Assembly (NCBI GenBank): GCA_963705165.1
Contig: CAVPJD010000010.1
Location: 1 to 53,669, forward strand
DNA length: 53,669 nucleotides
DNA from: an uncultured delta proteobacterium
GTDB taxonomy: Bacteria; Desulfobacterota; Syntrophia; Syntrophales; UBA2192
Reading direction: 5' to 3'
The position numbers and the translations under genes were made by a program. Position 1 is the stretch's first letter. Every line of letters begins with the position of its first letter. Positions 9,629-18,955 of this stretch are shown here, in pieces. The notes below the pieces were generated by a model. It was not told where the DNA came from and made no database searches. It saw nothing but the letters and a program-made list of their open reading frames with translations.

Positions 9629-11299
9629 ATGGCAAAACGAATGATTGTTGATCCCATCACGAGAATTGAGGGACATCTGAGGATAGAGGTCGAACTCGAC
9701 AACACGAACACCATCAAGGATGCCTGGAGCAGCATCACGCTGTGGCGGGGCATCGAGACGATCCTCAAGGGGCGCGACCCGCGCGATGCGGGGCTCATCG
9801 TGCAGCGCTTCTGCGGGGTCTGCACGTACGTGCACTACGAGGCGAGCATCATGGCCTGCGAAGACGCCTTCGGCATCAAGCCGCCGCCCAATGCGCGGAT
9901 CATCCGGAACCTGATGCAGGGGGCCTGGTACCTCGGCGACCACATCATGCATTTCTACCAACTGCACGGGCTGGACTGGGTCGACGTGGTGAGCGCACTC
10001 AAGGCCGACCCGAAAAAGGCCGTGGAGATCGCCATGAGCGTGTCTTCGAATCCCTACAACTCCTCCCAGACGCACTACAAGGCCGTCCAGGAGCGGCTGG
10101 GCAAGTTCGTCAAGTCGGGGCGTCTGGGGCCTTTCGCCAACGCCTACTGGGGAAACCCCTCCTACAAGCTGCCCCCCGAGGCGAACCTGGTGATCCTCTC
10201 CCACTACCTCGATGCCCTGGAAGTATCCAAGGTGGCGGCCCAGGCTCAGGCCATCTTCGGCGGCAAGAACCCGCACCCGCAGTCACTGGTCGTGGGCGGC
10301 GTGACCTGCGTCATGGATGCGATGAACCCGAGCCGCCTGGGAGACTATCTCTTCCGCATCAAAGCGGTGAATGACTTCGTCGCGCGGGCCTACATTCCCG
10401 ACGTTCTTCTGGCCGCCAGGTACTACAAGGGCGAAGGCCTTGCCGGGATCGGCGGCGGCGTGAAGAACTACATGAGCTTCGGCGGATTTGGCCTTGACGA
10501 TTCCGGCACGAACTTCCTCTTCCCCAGGGGCATCGTGAAGAATCGCAATCTGGCAAAGCTGCTGCCAATTGACGAGGCGAAGATCACCGAGGAATCCCTG
10601 CACGCCTGGTACCAAGACGAAAAGCCCCAGCATCCCTACGAGGGGACGACCGTTCCCAAGTACACGGGCTTAGACAAGGAAGGCCATCTGAAGGGCGAAG
10701 AGAAATACAGCTGGTGCAAGGCCCCCCGCTATGACGGCGAGCCTTTCGAGGTAGGACCGCTTGCCCGCATGATCGTGGGCTATGCCGCAGGCGACAAGAA
10801 GATCAAGCCGCTTGTCGAAGGCACGCTGAAGGCCACGGGGCTTCCGGCGACGGCGCTCTTCTCCACGCTGGGCCGGACAGCGGCCCGTGCCATCGAGACG
10901 AAACTCGTCGGCGACCAGATCGAAGGCTGGTTCAATGAGCTCGTCGCCAACCTCAAGAAGGGCGACGTGCGGACCTGGACACCCTGCGAAGTCCCCAAGG
11001 AAGGCCAGGGGCGCGGCATGACGGAGCCCCCGCGGGGGGCACTCAGCCATTGGATCCGGATCAAGGACTACAAGATCGCCAACTACCAGGCCGTGGTTCC
11101 CTCCACGTGGAACTGCTCGCCGAGGGACAAGAACAACAAGCGCGGCCCCTACGAGGAATCCCTCATCGGGACCAAGCTTGCGAAGGCGGATCAGCCGCTG
11201 GAGATCATCCGGACGATCCACTCGTTCGACCCCTGCATGGCCTGCGCGGTCCACATCATCGAACCGAACGGCGAGATCCGCAAATTCAGGGTGGCCTGA
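9629..11299 (+). CDS. hydB: [NiFe] hydrogenase large subunit (group 1b-like)
   Basis: DPITRIEGH, QRFCGVCT (L1), SFDPCMACAVH (L2) plus cleavable C-terminal tail. Confidence 0.96.
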   Translation: MAKRMIVDPITRIEGHLRIEVELDNTNTIKDAWSSITLWRGIETILKGRDPRDAGLIVQRFCGVCTYVHYEASIMACEDAFGIKPPPNARIIRNLMQGAWYLGDHIMHFYQLHGLDWVDVVSALKADPKKAVEIAMSVSSNPYNSSQTHYKAVQERLGKFVKSGRLGPFANAYWGNPSYKLPPEANLVILSHYLDALEVSKVAAQAQAIFGGKNPHPQSLVVGGVTCVMDAMNPSRLGDYLFRIKAVNDFVARAYIPDVLLAARYYKGEGLAGIGGGVKNYMSFGGFGLDDSGTNFLFPRGIVKNRNLAKLLPIDEAKITEESLHAWYQDEKPQHPYEGTTVPKYTGLDKEGHLKGEEKYSWCKAPRYDGEPFEVGPLARMIVGYAAGDKKIKPLVEGTLKATGLPATALFSTLGRTAARAIETKLVGDQIEGWFNELVANLKKGDVRTWTPCEVPKEGQGRGMTEPPRGALSHWIRIKDYKIANYQAVVPSTWNCSPRDKNNKRGPYEESLIGTKLAKADQPLEIIRTIHSFDPCMACAVHIIEPNGEIRKFRVA

Positions 11300-11311
11300 G
11301 AGGAGGGTGCC

Positions 11312-11980
11312 ATGGAAAAAATCGTACCCAAGAAACAATGGTCCGTGGCCATCCGCATCAACCACTGGGCCATGGCGGTTGTCATTTTCGCCCTGATCGG
11401 GACGGGGTTTCTCATTGCCTACCCCTTTACCCTTCAGACCGGGGAGACCTGGCAGAAGTTCTCCGTGGGCGAGATCCGGTTCTGGCACATCTTCTTCGGG
11501 ATGCTGCTGGGATTTCTCTTTATATGGAGGGTCTACCTGGCCTTCTTCTCCACCTTCAAGGCGGACTGGAAGGACTTCCTGGCCTTCACGAACATCCCCA
11601 ACACGATCCAGCAGATCAAGTTCTACCTGCTGATCGACAAGAAAGGCCCCCCGCACACGGGGTTGTACGGCCCGATGCAGTCGATGGCCTACCTGGGACT
11701 GCTCGCCATGGTTTTTTTCATTCTCATCACGGGTCTCATCCTCATGGGGGCGGGTTACAACGCCGGGCTCACCGGATGGATCTACGCGATCCTCAGGCCC
11801 GTCGAGAATCTCCTGGGGGGGCTGGCCACGGTGCGCTACATCCACCACGTGCTCACCTGGGGCTTTGTCCTCTTCATCGTGGTTCACGTCTACATGGCAT
11901 TCTGGTATGACGCCGTGTTGAAGGAGGGGACGCTTTCCTCCATGGTGAGCGGCTACATGTTCGAGAAGGGCGATCACTGA
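11312..11980 (+). CDS. hydC: [NiFe] hydrogenase b-type cytochrome subunit
   Basis: RINHW, RFWH, YGPMQ, RYIHH, VVHVY; 4 TM segments. Confidence 0.92.
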   Translation: MEKIVPKKQWSVAIRINHWAMAVVIFALIGTGFLIAYPFTLQTGETWQKFSVGEIRFWHIFFGMLLGFLFIWRVYLAFFSTFKADWKDFLAFTNIPNTIQQIKFYLLIDKKGPPHTGLYGPMQSMAYLGLLAMVFFILITGLILMGAGYNAGLTGWIYAILRPVENLLGGLATVRYIHHVLTWGFVLFIVVHVYMAFWYDAVLKEGTLSSMVSGYMFEKGDH

Positions 11981-12016
11981 TTCGCCTCTGGCGCTTCGGT
12001 AAAAGAACAGGTAAAG

Positions 12017-12049
12017 AAAAGGGGGGGAGACCTGATCTCCCCCCTTTTT
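12017..12049 (+). terminator. Intrinsic terminator/attenuator between hydC and hydD
   Basis: AAAAGGGGGGGAGA-CCTGA-TCTCCCCCC-TTTTT. Confidence 0.7.
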
Positions 12050-12056
12050 CACTGGA

Positions 12057-12554
12057 ATGATGGAAGAGAAACAATTCATCACCATATTAGGTCTTGGCAA
12101 CATCCTGATGAAGGACGAGGGATTCGGCGTCCACTTCGTCCGCTGGATCGAAAATCGCTGGCGCTTCCCCGAGACGGTTGAGCTCATCGAGGGGGGCGTG
12201 ATGGCCTATTCGCTCCTTGGTCCCGTCTGCAACAGCGAGCAACTCATCGTTATCGATGTTCTCAAGACCGATGACGAGCCGGGTGCGATCTACCGCTTCA
12301 CCCTCGCGGAGATCGAGCCGAAGCTACCGCCGCCCACGTCGGCCCACGAGGTGCAGTTTCTTGACGTCCTGTGCAAGGCGGAGATGCTGGACCAGGCTCC
12401 CGAGGTGGTCTTTCTCTGCATCATCCCGGAGAATATCCGGGACATGGAAATGGAGATGGGCCCGCTGATGCGGGAAAAGTTCCCCGTCATGGAGGAGCTG
12501 CTGATGAAGGAACTTGCCCGCCACGGGATCCGGCCGGAGAAGACCCATGCATGA
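12057..12554 (+). CDS. hydD: Hydrogenase maturation protease
   Basis: ILGLGNILMKDEGFGV, IEGG, SAHEV. Confidence 0.92.
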   Translation: MMEEKQFITILGLGNILMKDEGFGVHFVRWIENRWRFPETVELIEGGVMAYSLLGPVCNSEQLIVIDVLKTDDEPGAIYRFTLAEIEPKLPPPTSAHEVQFLDVLCKAEMLDQAPEVVFLCIIPENIRDMEMEMGPLMREKFPVMEELLMKELARHGIRPEKTHA

Positions 12555-12891
12555 GCTGTCGCTCGTCGAGTCCATCCTGCAGATCGTCGACGAATACGCG
12601 GCAAAGGACGGTTTTGCCCGCGTCACCTCGCTGAGGCTCTCCTGCGGGAAGCTCTCCAGCGTCGTCCCGCAGGCCCTGAGCTTTGCCTTCGAGGTCCAGT
12701 CGAAGGGCACCCGTGCCGAGGGGGCCGCACTCGAGCTTGAGATCCTGCCTGCCTCGATCCACTGCCTGAGCTGCGAAAAGGATGTCGAGGTAGACCGTTT
12801 CGAGGCCCAGTGCCCGGTGTGCAAGGGGTTCGATGTATTGCTGGTCGGAGGGACGGAGGAATTGAAGCTCATCGAGTTGGACGTGGAGTGA
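12547..12891 (+). CDS. hypA: Hydrogenase nickel metallochaperone HypA
   Basis: MHELS start, CLSC/CPVC zinc site, GGTEEL. Confidence 0.93.
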   Translation: MHELSLVESILQIVDEYAAKDGFARVTSLRLSCGKLSSVVPQALSFAFEVQSKGTRAEGAALELEILPASIHCLSCEKDVEVDRFEAQCPVCKGFDVLLVGGTEELKLIELDVE

Positions 12892-12908
12892 CAGGCGGCT
12901 GCGCCGCC

Positions 12909-13010
12909 TGGAATCATGGAGTAATGGAATAATGGAATGATGGGTTGATGGAATCATGAATATTTTGACTTGGACCCAATATTCCAGTATTCCAATATTC
13001 CAGCTCTCCA
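12909..13010. repeat. 8-nt-period tandem repeat hairpin, (TGGAATNA)n ... (TATTCCAR)n
   Basis: Six TGGAATNA-like units followed by about four complementary units, between hypA and hypC. Confidence 0.8.
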
Positions 13011-13078
13011 TGGGTCACTGACACTGGTAGGGATAATCAAGCTTTTTTGTATCACCGAAATGATAGAGGATGTTTCTG

Positions 13079-13309
13079 ATGTGTATTGCGTTTCCCGGCA
13101 AGATCCTGACCATCGACAAGGACAACTTCGCCGTCATCGATATCAGCGGTACGCAGCGCGAGGTCTCGCTCGACATCGTCGACGAGCCCGTCATCGTGGG
13201 TGACTACGTCATCTGCCATGCGGGCTACGCCATTCAGCGCATCGATGAGGAAGTGGCCCTGGAGAAGCTCTCCTTCCTGAAAGAGCTCATCGACAATGAA
13301 ATATATTGA
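13079..13309 (+). CDS. hypC: Hydrogenase chaperone HypC
   Basis: MCIAFPG, VGDYVICHAGYAI. Confidence 0.94.
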   Translation: MCIAFPGKILTIDKDNFAVIDISGTQREVSLDIVDEPVIVGDYVICHAGYAIQRIDEEVALEKLSFLKELIDNEIY

Positions 13310-14393
13310 CGAATACCGGGACCCCGGGCTCGTCCGGGGGCTGCTTGATGCCGTGGCGATCGTGGCCGCAGGCATTGGGCGGGATGTGGCCCTCATGGAG
13401 ATCTGCGGGACCCATACCCATGCCATCGGGCGCTACGGCATTCGCAAGCTTCTGCCGAAGAACCTTCGCCTGATCTCGGGGCCAGGCTGCCCCGTCTGCG
13501 TCACTTCGATTGCGGATGTGGACAGGGCGCTTTATCTGGCGGGTCTGCCGGAAGTGATCTTTGCAACCTTCGGCGACATGCTCCGCGTTCCGGGGACGGG
13601 CGGGGAGAACCTCCAGCGGCTGCGGGCCGCGGGTGCTGATGTGCGCGTTATCTCCTCGGCCGCCGATGCCGTCCGCTTCGCCGTGGAAAACCCGGGCAAG
13701 GAAGTCGTCCTCATGGGGATCGGCTTCGAGACGACAACACCCACCGTGGCTGCGGCCATCCTGAGCGCAAGACGCAAGGACATCGGAAATTTTTCCGTCT
13801 TCTCCGTACACAAGACTGTCCCACAAGCCATCAGGGCCCTCATCGAGGACCCGGAGCTCAGGGTCGATGGCTTCATCTGCCCCGGACACGTGAGCATCAT
13901 CACGGGGGTCGAGGCGTACGAGATGATCCCGAAGGCGGGCCGTGCAGCCGTCATCACAGGTTTCGAGCCTGCCGATGTCATGGAAGGGATCCTGATGATC
14001 CTGCGGCAGATCGTCGAAGGACACTACGAGGTGGCCATCCAGTACACCCGGGGCGTGAAAGAACAGGGAAACCCCCGGGCCCGGGAGATCATGGGGGAGG
14101 TTTTCGAGCCGGGCGATGCCGACTGGAGGGGGCTCGGCGTGATCCCCGGAAGCGGTCTTTTCATCCGGCGCGAATACGAAGCCTTTGATGCGCTCAAGCG
14201 ATTTACCCTGCCTGAGATCCGCTCCGTCGAGTTCAGGGGATGCCGGTGCGGAGAAATCCTGCGGGGGGTGATGGCGCCTGCCGAGTGCCATCTCTTCATG
14301 AAGGCCTGCACGCCGTCAAACCCCGTGGGGCCGTGCATGGTGTCCGGGGAAGGGACGTGCGCAGCGTACTATAAATACGAGAGAAGTGGCTAG
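13296..14393 (+). CDS. hypD: Hydrogenase maturation protein HypD
   Basis: MEICGTHTH, GPGCPVC, GFETT, PGHVS, GPCMVSGEGTCAAYY. Confidence 0.96.
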   Translation: MKYIDEYRDPGLVRGLLDAVAIVAAGIGRDVALMEICGTHTHAIGRYGIRKLLPKNLRLISGPGCPVCVTSIADVDRALYLAGLPEVIFATFGDMLRVPGTGGENLQRLRAAGADVRVISSAADAVRFAVENPGKEVVLMGIGFETTTPTVAAAILSARRKDIGNFSVFSVHKTVPQAIRALIEDPELRVDGFICPGHVSIITGVEAYEMIPKAGRAAVITGFEPADVMEGILMILRQIVEGHYEVAIQYTRGVKEQGNPRAREIMGEVFEPGDADWRGLGVIPGSGLFIRREYEAFDALKRFTLPEIRSVEFRGCRCGEILRGVMAPAECHLFMKACTPSNPVGPCMVSGEGTCAAYYKYERSG

Positions 14394-14420
14394 TGATATG
14401 TGGCTTGTGGCTGGTGAAAT
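14386..14420. repeat. Heptamer tandem repeat (GTGRHWN)x5
   Basis: gtggcta gtgatat gtggctt gtggctg gtgaaat, spanning the hypD stop. Confidence 0.6.
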
Positions 14421-14439
14421 ATAAAAGAGGGGAAGACCG

Positions 14440-15099
14440 ATGAAAGTGACTGTCGTCAAGAATGTCTTGGATGCCAATGCGCGGATTGCAGCAGAGAACC
14501 GCAAACTGTTCGATGAGAAGAAGATCTACGTCATCAACCTCATGAGCTCCCCCGGTGCGGGGAAGACGTCGCTCGTGGAAAAGACCATCATGGCGCTCAG
14601 GGATCGCTACCGGATTGCCGTCATCGAGGGGGATATCCAGGACACCTATGATGCCGACCGGGTGGCGGCCCTGGGCATCCCCGCCGTGCAGATCAACACG
14701 GGCGGGGCCTGCCACATCGACGGCAACATGATCCGCGAGGCCCTGCCGGCCCTCGACTTGAACAAGATCGACCTGCTCATCAGCGAAAACGTGGGCAACC
14801 TCGTCTGCCCTGCCGAGTTCAAAATCGGCGAAAACGCCAAGGTGATGATCCTGAGCACCCCCGAGGGGGCAGACAAACCCGCCAAGTATCCCCTGATGTT
14901 CCAGGAGTCGGCGGTGATGATCATCAACAAGATCGACCTGACACCCTACGTGGATTTCGACCTCGAGAAGGCCAGGCGGGACGCCCTTACCCTGAACCGC
15001 CAACTCAAGATTTTCGAGGTCTCCTGCAAGACCGGCCAGGGGCTGGACAACTGGGTTCAATGGCTTGCCGGTGAGATTGAGGCCTTCAGGAATCGATGA
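14440..15099 (+). CDS. hypB: Hydrogenase nickel incorporation GTPase HypB
   Basis: SSPGAGKT, ACHID, ENVGNLVCPA, NKID. Confidence 0.96.
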   Translation: MKVTVVKNVLDANARIAAENRKLFDEKKIYVINLMSSPGAGKTSLVEKTIMALRDRYRIAVIEGDIQDTYDADRVAALGIPAVQINTGGACHIDGNMIREALPALDLNKIDLLISENVGNLVCPAEFKIGENAKVMILSTPEGADKPAKYPLMFQESAVMIINKIDLTPYVDFDLEKARRDALTLNRQLKIFEVSCKTGQGLDNWVQWLAGEIEAFRNR

Positions 15100-17414
15100 G
15101 TGAAGCGAGACGGCGCATCCGAACCCTCTTCACCGGTATCGTCCAGGGGGTGGGATTTCGCCCCTTTATCTACCGGTTTGCGACGAAGCACCGGCTGGGC
15201 GGATTTGTCTGCAATACCCCGGAGGGCGTCATTGTCGAGGTGGAGGGGTCGGCAGGCAGTATTGAAAATTTCTCTTCAGAGCTGCTGAAAAGTATTCCTC
15301 CTGCCGCCGATGTGTCAGGCATTGCAAACACCGAGGTTGCCGTTCTCGGCGAATCGGCCTTCCGCATCATCGCCAGCGAGCAGGAAGGCAGGAAAGAAGT
15401 CCTCATCTCCCCCGACATTGCAACCTGTGCCGACTGCCTGCGGGAGCTGAACGATCCGGAAGACCGCCGTTACCGCTACCCCTTCATCAACTGCACCAAC
15501 TGCGGCCCCCGTCTCACGATCATCCGCGACGTCCCTTACGACCGGGCGAACACCTCCATGGCCTGCTTTGCCCTGTGTCCCCGGTGCCGCGCCGAGTATG
15601 AAGACCCGGCGGATCGTCGCTTTCACGCCGAACCCAACGCCTGCCCCGTCTGCGGGCCCGGACTCTGGATCGCCGATGAGATGGGGGCGCCGCTTCGGGA
15701 CGCCCCGGTTGACCCCAAAGGGGACTCTATAAGCAAGGCAGTGGAGTGGCTCCTCGCGGGACAGGTCCTGGCCATCAAGGGCCTTGGCGGTTTTCACCTC
15801 GCCGTCGATGCCACAAACGAAGAGGCCGTGAGGCGCCTGCGCTCCCGGAAGTACCGTGAGGAGAAGCCGCTGGCCATCATGGTGAGGGACATCGACGCGG
15901 CATCGCAAATCGCGAGGATCGGCAGGGTGGAACGGGAGCTTCTCCTTTCTTCCCGGCGGCCCATCGTGTTGTGCCGCAGGCGCGACGAATCTGCTCTCGC
16001 GCCCTCCGTGGCGCCGGGTGTTCCCAACCAGGGCATCATGCTGCCCTACACGCCGCTTCACCACCTGCTTCTGGAGAAAAACATCCCGGCCCTCGTCATG
16101 ACGAGCGCAAACCAGGTCGACGAACCCATCTGCATCAAAAACCGCGAGGCCCTTGCGCGCCTGAAAGGCATCGCCGATTTCTACCTCTTCCACAACCGGG
16201 ACATCCTGGTGCGCTGCGACGACTCGGTGGCGGCCGTCACGGGTCGATCCCCCGTGATGATCCGCCGGTCCCGGGGCTGGGCGCCCAAGCCCGTCTCTCT
16301 GAAGCGATCCTACCCCGAGGTGCTTGCCCTCGGGCCTCAGCTCAAGGCGACGCTCTGCATCCTTAAAGGGGGCCTTGCCTATCTGAGCCCCCACATCGGA
16401 GACCTGGAAACCCCCGAGGCCCGCGACTTCCACCGGGAGAGCCTGCGCCTCATGGAGCGCATTGCCGAGTGCCGTCCCGATGTCATTGCCTGCGATCTTC
16501 ACCCGGCTTACTGGACGACGAGGCTTGCCGAAGAGCTTCCGCACTCGCAGATCATCCGCGTCCAGCACCACCACGCCCACATCGTGAGCGCCATGGCCGA
16601 AAACGGGCTCTCCTGCGAAGTAATCGGCCTGGCCATGGACGGGACGGGCTACGGGCCCGACGGGACTGCCTGGGGCGGGGAGTTCCTCGCAGCCGATGAG
16701 ATCGACTTCCGGAGGGCGGGCCACATCCGGCCCTACATGCTTCCGGGGTCGGAGAAGGCGGTGAAGGAACCCTGGCGCGTGGCGGCAAGCCTGCTGCGGG
16801 AGAGTTTTGGCGTCACCTGGCACGACGTGGCACGAAAGCTCCCGCTGAAGGAGAAGGAAAACCACTTCGACGTGCTGGATAACATGATGGCCCAGGGGTT
16901 CAACAGTCCCCTCACCTCGAGCCTGGGCCGCGTCTTTGACGGCGTTGCGGCGATCCTGGGAACCCGTCAGGCGGTAAGCTTCGAGGGGCAGGCGGCCATG
17001 GAGCTGGAGACGCTGGCGACGAGGCGGACAACAAGGCGCTACCCCTTCGAGATCGCGAGGGACGGCGACAGGGTGATCCTCGATCTCAGGCCGCTTGTCC
17101 GGGCCATCGCCGAAGAAAGAATAAAAGGGAAAGACCCGGCGGCGATCGCCGCGGCCTTCCACCGGACGATCATCAAAGCCATCGTCGCCATGACCGAAGT
17201 GGTCCGGGAGCAGACCGGGCTTGGGAAGGCCGTCCTCAGCGGCGGCTGCTTCCAGAACCGCGTGCTGCTGGAGGGGACGGTTCGGGAGCTCGAGAAGCGT
17301 GGCTTCGAGGTCTACACCCATCAGATGCTCCCGGCCAACGACGGCTGCATCGCGCTGGGGCAGGCGGTCGTCGCTGCTGCGCGCCTGGAAGCGCGCAGCG
17401 CGAGTGGCCAGTGA
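15096..17414 (+). CDS. hypF: Carbamoyltransferase HypF
   Basis: GIVQGVGFRPF, FINCTNCGPR, RRFHAEPNACPVCGP, QHHHAH, PANDGCIALGQ. Confidence 0.96.
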   Translation: MSEARRRIRTLFTGIVQGVGFRPFIYRFATKHRLGGFVCNTPEGVIVEVEGSAGSIENFSSELLKSIPPAADVSGIANTEVAVLGESAFRIIASEQEGRKEVLISPDIATCADCLRELNDPEDRRYRYPFINCTNCGPRLTIIRDVPYDRANTSMACFALCPRCRAEYEDPADRRFHAEPNACPVCGPGLWIADEMGAPLRDAPVDPKGDSISKAVEWLLAGQVLAIKGLGGFHLAVDATNEEAVRRLRSRKYREEKPLAIMVRDIDAASQIARIGRVERELLLSSRRPIVLCRRRDESALAPSVAPGVPNQGIMLPYTPLHHLLLEKNIPALVMTSANQVDEPICIKNREALARLKGIADFYLFHNRDILVRCDDSVAAVTGRSPVMIRRSRGWAPKPVSLKRSYPEVLALGPQLKATLCILKGGLAYLSPHIGDLETPEARDFHRESLRLMERIAECRPDVIACDLHPAYWTTRLAEELPHSQIIRVQHHHAHIVSAMAENGLSCEVIGLAMDGTGYGPDGTAWGGEFLAADEIDFRRAGHIRPYMLPGSEKAVKEPWRVAASLLRESFGVTWHDVARKLPLKEKENHFDVLDNMMAQGFNSPLTSSLGRVFDGVAAILGTRQAVSFEGQAAMELETLATRRTTRRYPFEIARDGDRVILDLRPLVRAIAEERIKGKDPAAIAAAFHRTIIKAIVAMTEVVREQTGLGKAVLSGGCFQNRVLLEGTVRELEKRGFEVYTHQMLPANDGCIALGQAVVAAARLEARSASGQ

Positions 17415-17437
17415 TCAGTGACTAGTGACCAGTGAAA
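17403..17437. repeat. Heptamer tandem repeat (AGTGRHH)x5
   Basis: agtggcc agtgatc agtgact agtgacc agtgaaa, containing the hypF stop. Confidence 0.65.
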
Positions 17438-17458
17438 GACAAAAGAAGGATATAAGAA

Positions 17459-18469
17459 ATGAAGCATGATCGGATTCTTCTGGAGCACGGCGGCGGTGGG
17501 CTTCTGAGCCACGAGCTGATCGCGGAGGTCTTTCTGCCCCTTTTGAAAAATCCCTGCCTGGAGCGGCTCGAGGACAGCGCGGTGCTGCGTGTGGGCGATC
17601 AGATGCTGTGCTTCACAACCGACTCCTACGTCATCGACCCGATCTTTTTCCCCGGCGGCGACATCGGGTCGCTTGCCGTCCACGGGACGGTTAACGACCT
17701 CTCGGTCTGCGGGGGAAAGCCCCTGGTCATGAGTGCCGGCTTCATCCTCGAGGAAGGCTTCCCCATGGAGGACCTTCGGCGGATCACCCGCTCCATGGCC
17801 GATGCGGCAAAGAAGGCAGGCGTTCCCATCGTGACGGGAGACACCAAGGTCGTCGCCCGGGGGGCCGCCGACGGCATCTTCATCAACACCTCCGGCATAG
17901 GCCTCATCGAGTACCCGAGGCCTCTTTCCGTGAAGAGCATCGAACCCGGGGACGTGGTCATCGTGAGCGGCACGATCGGCGATCACGGCGCCGCCGTCCT
18001 CAGCAAGCGCAGGGAGCTGGGGGTGACTTCCGATATCCGTTCCGACTCGGCCCCTCTCAACGGCCTCATCGGCACGATCCTCGAGGCGAGCCCCAACATT
18101 CATTGCATGCGCGACCCTACCCGGGGGGGCCTCGGGGCGATCCTTGCCGAGATCGCCGGGCAGTCGGGCTGTCTCATCGAACTGCGCGAGAAGGACATCC
18201 CCGTCCGGCAGGAGGTGCGGGGGATCTGCGAGATCCTGGGGTTCGATTCGCTCTTCCTGGCCAACGAGGGGAAAGTGGCCCTCTTCTGTGCCCCGGCAGA
18301 CGCGGGGCGGGTCCTGGCTGTGATGAAAGCACACGAATACGGGCGGGAGGCTGCCGTCATCGGCGCCGTCGGCGAGCGGGGCCGGGGAAGGCTCGTGCTC
18401 CGGACGGCCATCGGGGGCTCCCGCGAGGTGGACCTGCCCGTGGGCGAGCTGGTCCCGCGGATCTGCTGA
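17459..18469 (+). CDS. hypE: Hydrogenase maturation protein HypE
   Basis: HGGGG, TTDSYV, GDTKVV, MRDPTRGG, C-terminal PRIC. Confidence 0.96.
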   Translation: MKHDRILLEHGGGGLLSHELIAEVFLPLLKNPCLERLEDSAVLRVGDQMLCFTTDSYVIDPIFFPGGDIGSLAVHGTVNDLSVCGGKPLVMSAGFILEEGFPMEDLRRITRSMADAAKKAGVPIVTGDTKVVARGAADGIFINTSGIGLIEYPRPLSVKSIEPGDVVIVSGTIGDHGAAVLSKRRELGVTSDIRSDSAPLNGLIGTILEASPNIHCMRDPTRGGLGAILAEIAGQSGCLIELREKDIPVRQEVRGICEILGFDSLFLANEGKVALFCAPADAGRVLAVMKAHEYGREAAVIGAVGERGRGRLVLRTAIGGSREVDLPVGELVPRIC

Positions 18470-18480
18470 TCACTTCCCCC

Positions 18481-18527
18481 TTGACAGGTGCCGCCGTATG
18501 TGGCACGCAATGGGGAAAACGTGCCAT
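18481..18527 (+). promoter_or_regulatory. nikR promoter with inverted repeat (degenerate NikR-like box)
   Basis: TTGACA at 18481; GTGGCAC-N14-GTGCCAT at 18500-18527 covering the -10 position. Confidence 0.5.
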
Positions 18528-18537
18528 TGGAGGCTCC

Positions 18538-18954
18538 ATGTCAGAGATCATTCGTTTCGGCGTGTCCCTGGAAAAAAACCTGCTTCAGCGCTTCGACCGC
18601 CTGATCCGGGGGAAGAAGTACACGAACCGCTCCGAGGCCCTCAGGGACCTCATCCGCCAGGAAATGGTGAAGAAGGATTGGGAAGAGGGCGGGGAGGTGG
18701 CCGGGGCCATCACCTTCATCTACGATCATCACAAGCGGGACCTTCTCAACCGGATCATGGATCTGCAGCACGACTACCAGAAGATCATCATCTCGACCCA
18801 GCACATCCACCTGGACCACGACAACTGCCTGGAGATTGTCGCCGTCAAAGGGGTTGCCAAAGAGGTCCTCGATCTGGCCGACGCCCTGAAGGCCCTCAAG
18901 GGTGTGCGGGACGGCACGCTGAGCATGACCAGTACCGGGAAAGAAACGAAGTGA
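18538..18954 (+). CDS. nikR: Nickel-responsive regulator NikR
   Basis: IIRFGVSL RHH strand, NRSEALRDLIR, YDHH, HIHLDHDNCLE Ni site. Confidence 0.96.
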   Translation: MSEIIRFGVSLEKNLLQRFDRLIRGKKYTNRSEALRDLIRQEMVKKDWEEGGEVAGAITFIYDHHKRDLLNRIMDLQHDYQKIIISTQHIHLDHDNCLEIVAVKGVAKEVLDLADALKALKGVRDGTLSMTSTGKETK

Positions 18955-18955
18955 T

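Noticed and set aside
9629..11299. Possible [NiFeSe] hydrogenase, given Sec use nearby
   Set aside because: The C-terminal motif is DPCMAC with Cys codons; no in-frame UGA
12909..13010. Short-period repeats as a CRISPR array
   Set aside because: Units are 7-8 nt and contiguous with no unique spacers; no cas genes in the window
8187..17321. Long minus-strand ORFs (482, 505, 334, 668 aa) over the hyd/hyp genes
   Set aside because: Antisense shadows of well-supported genes
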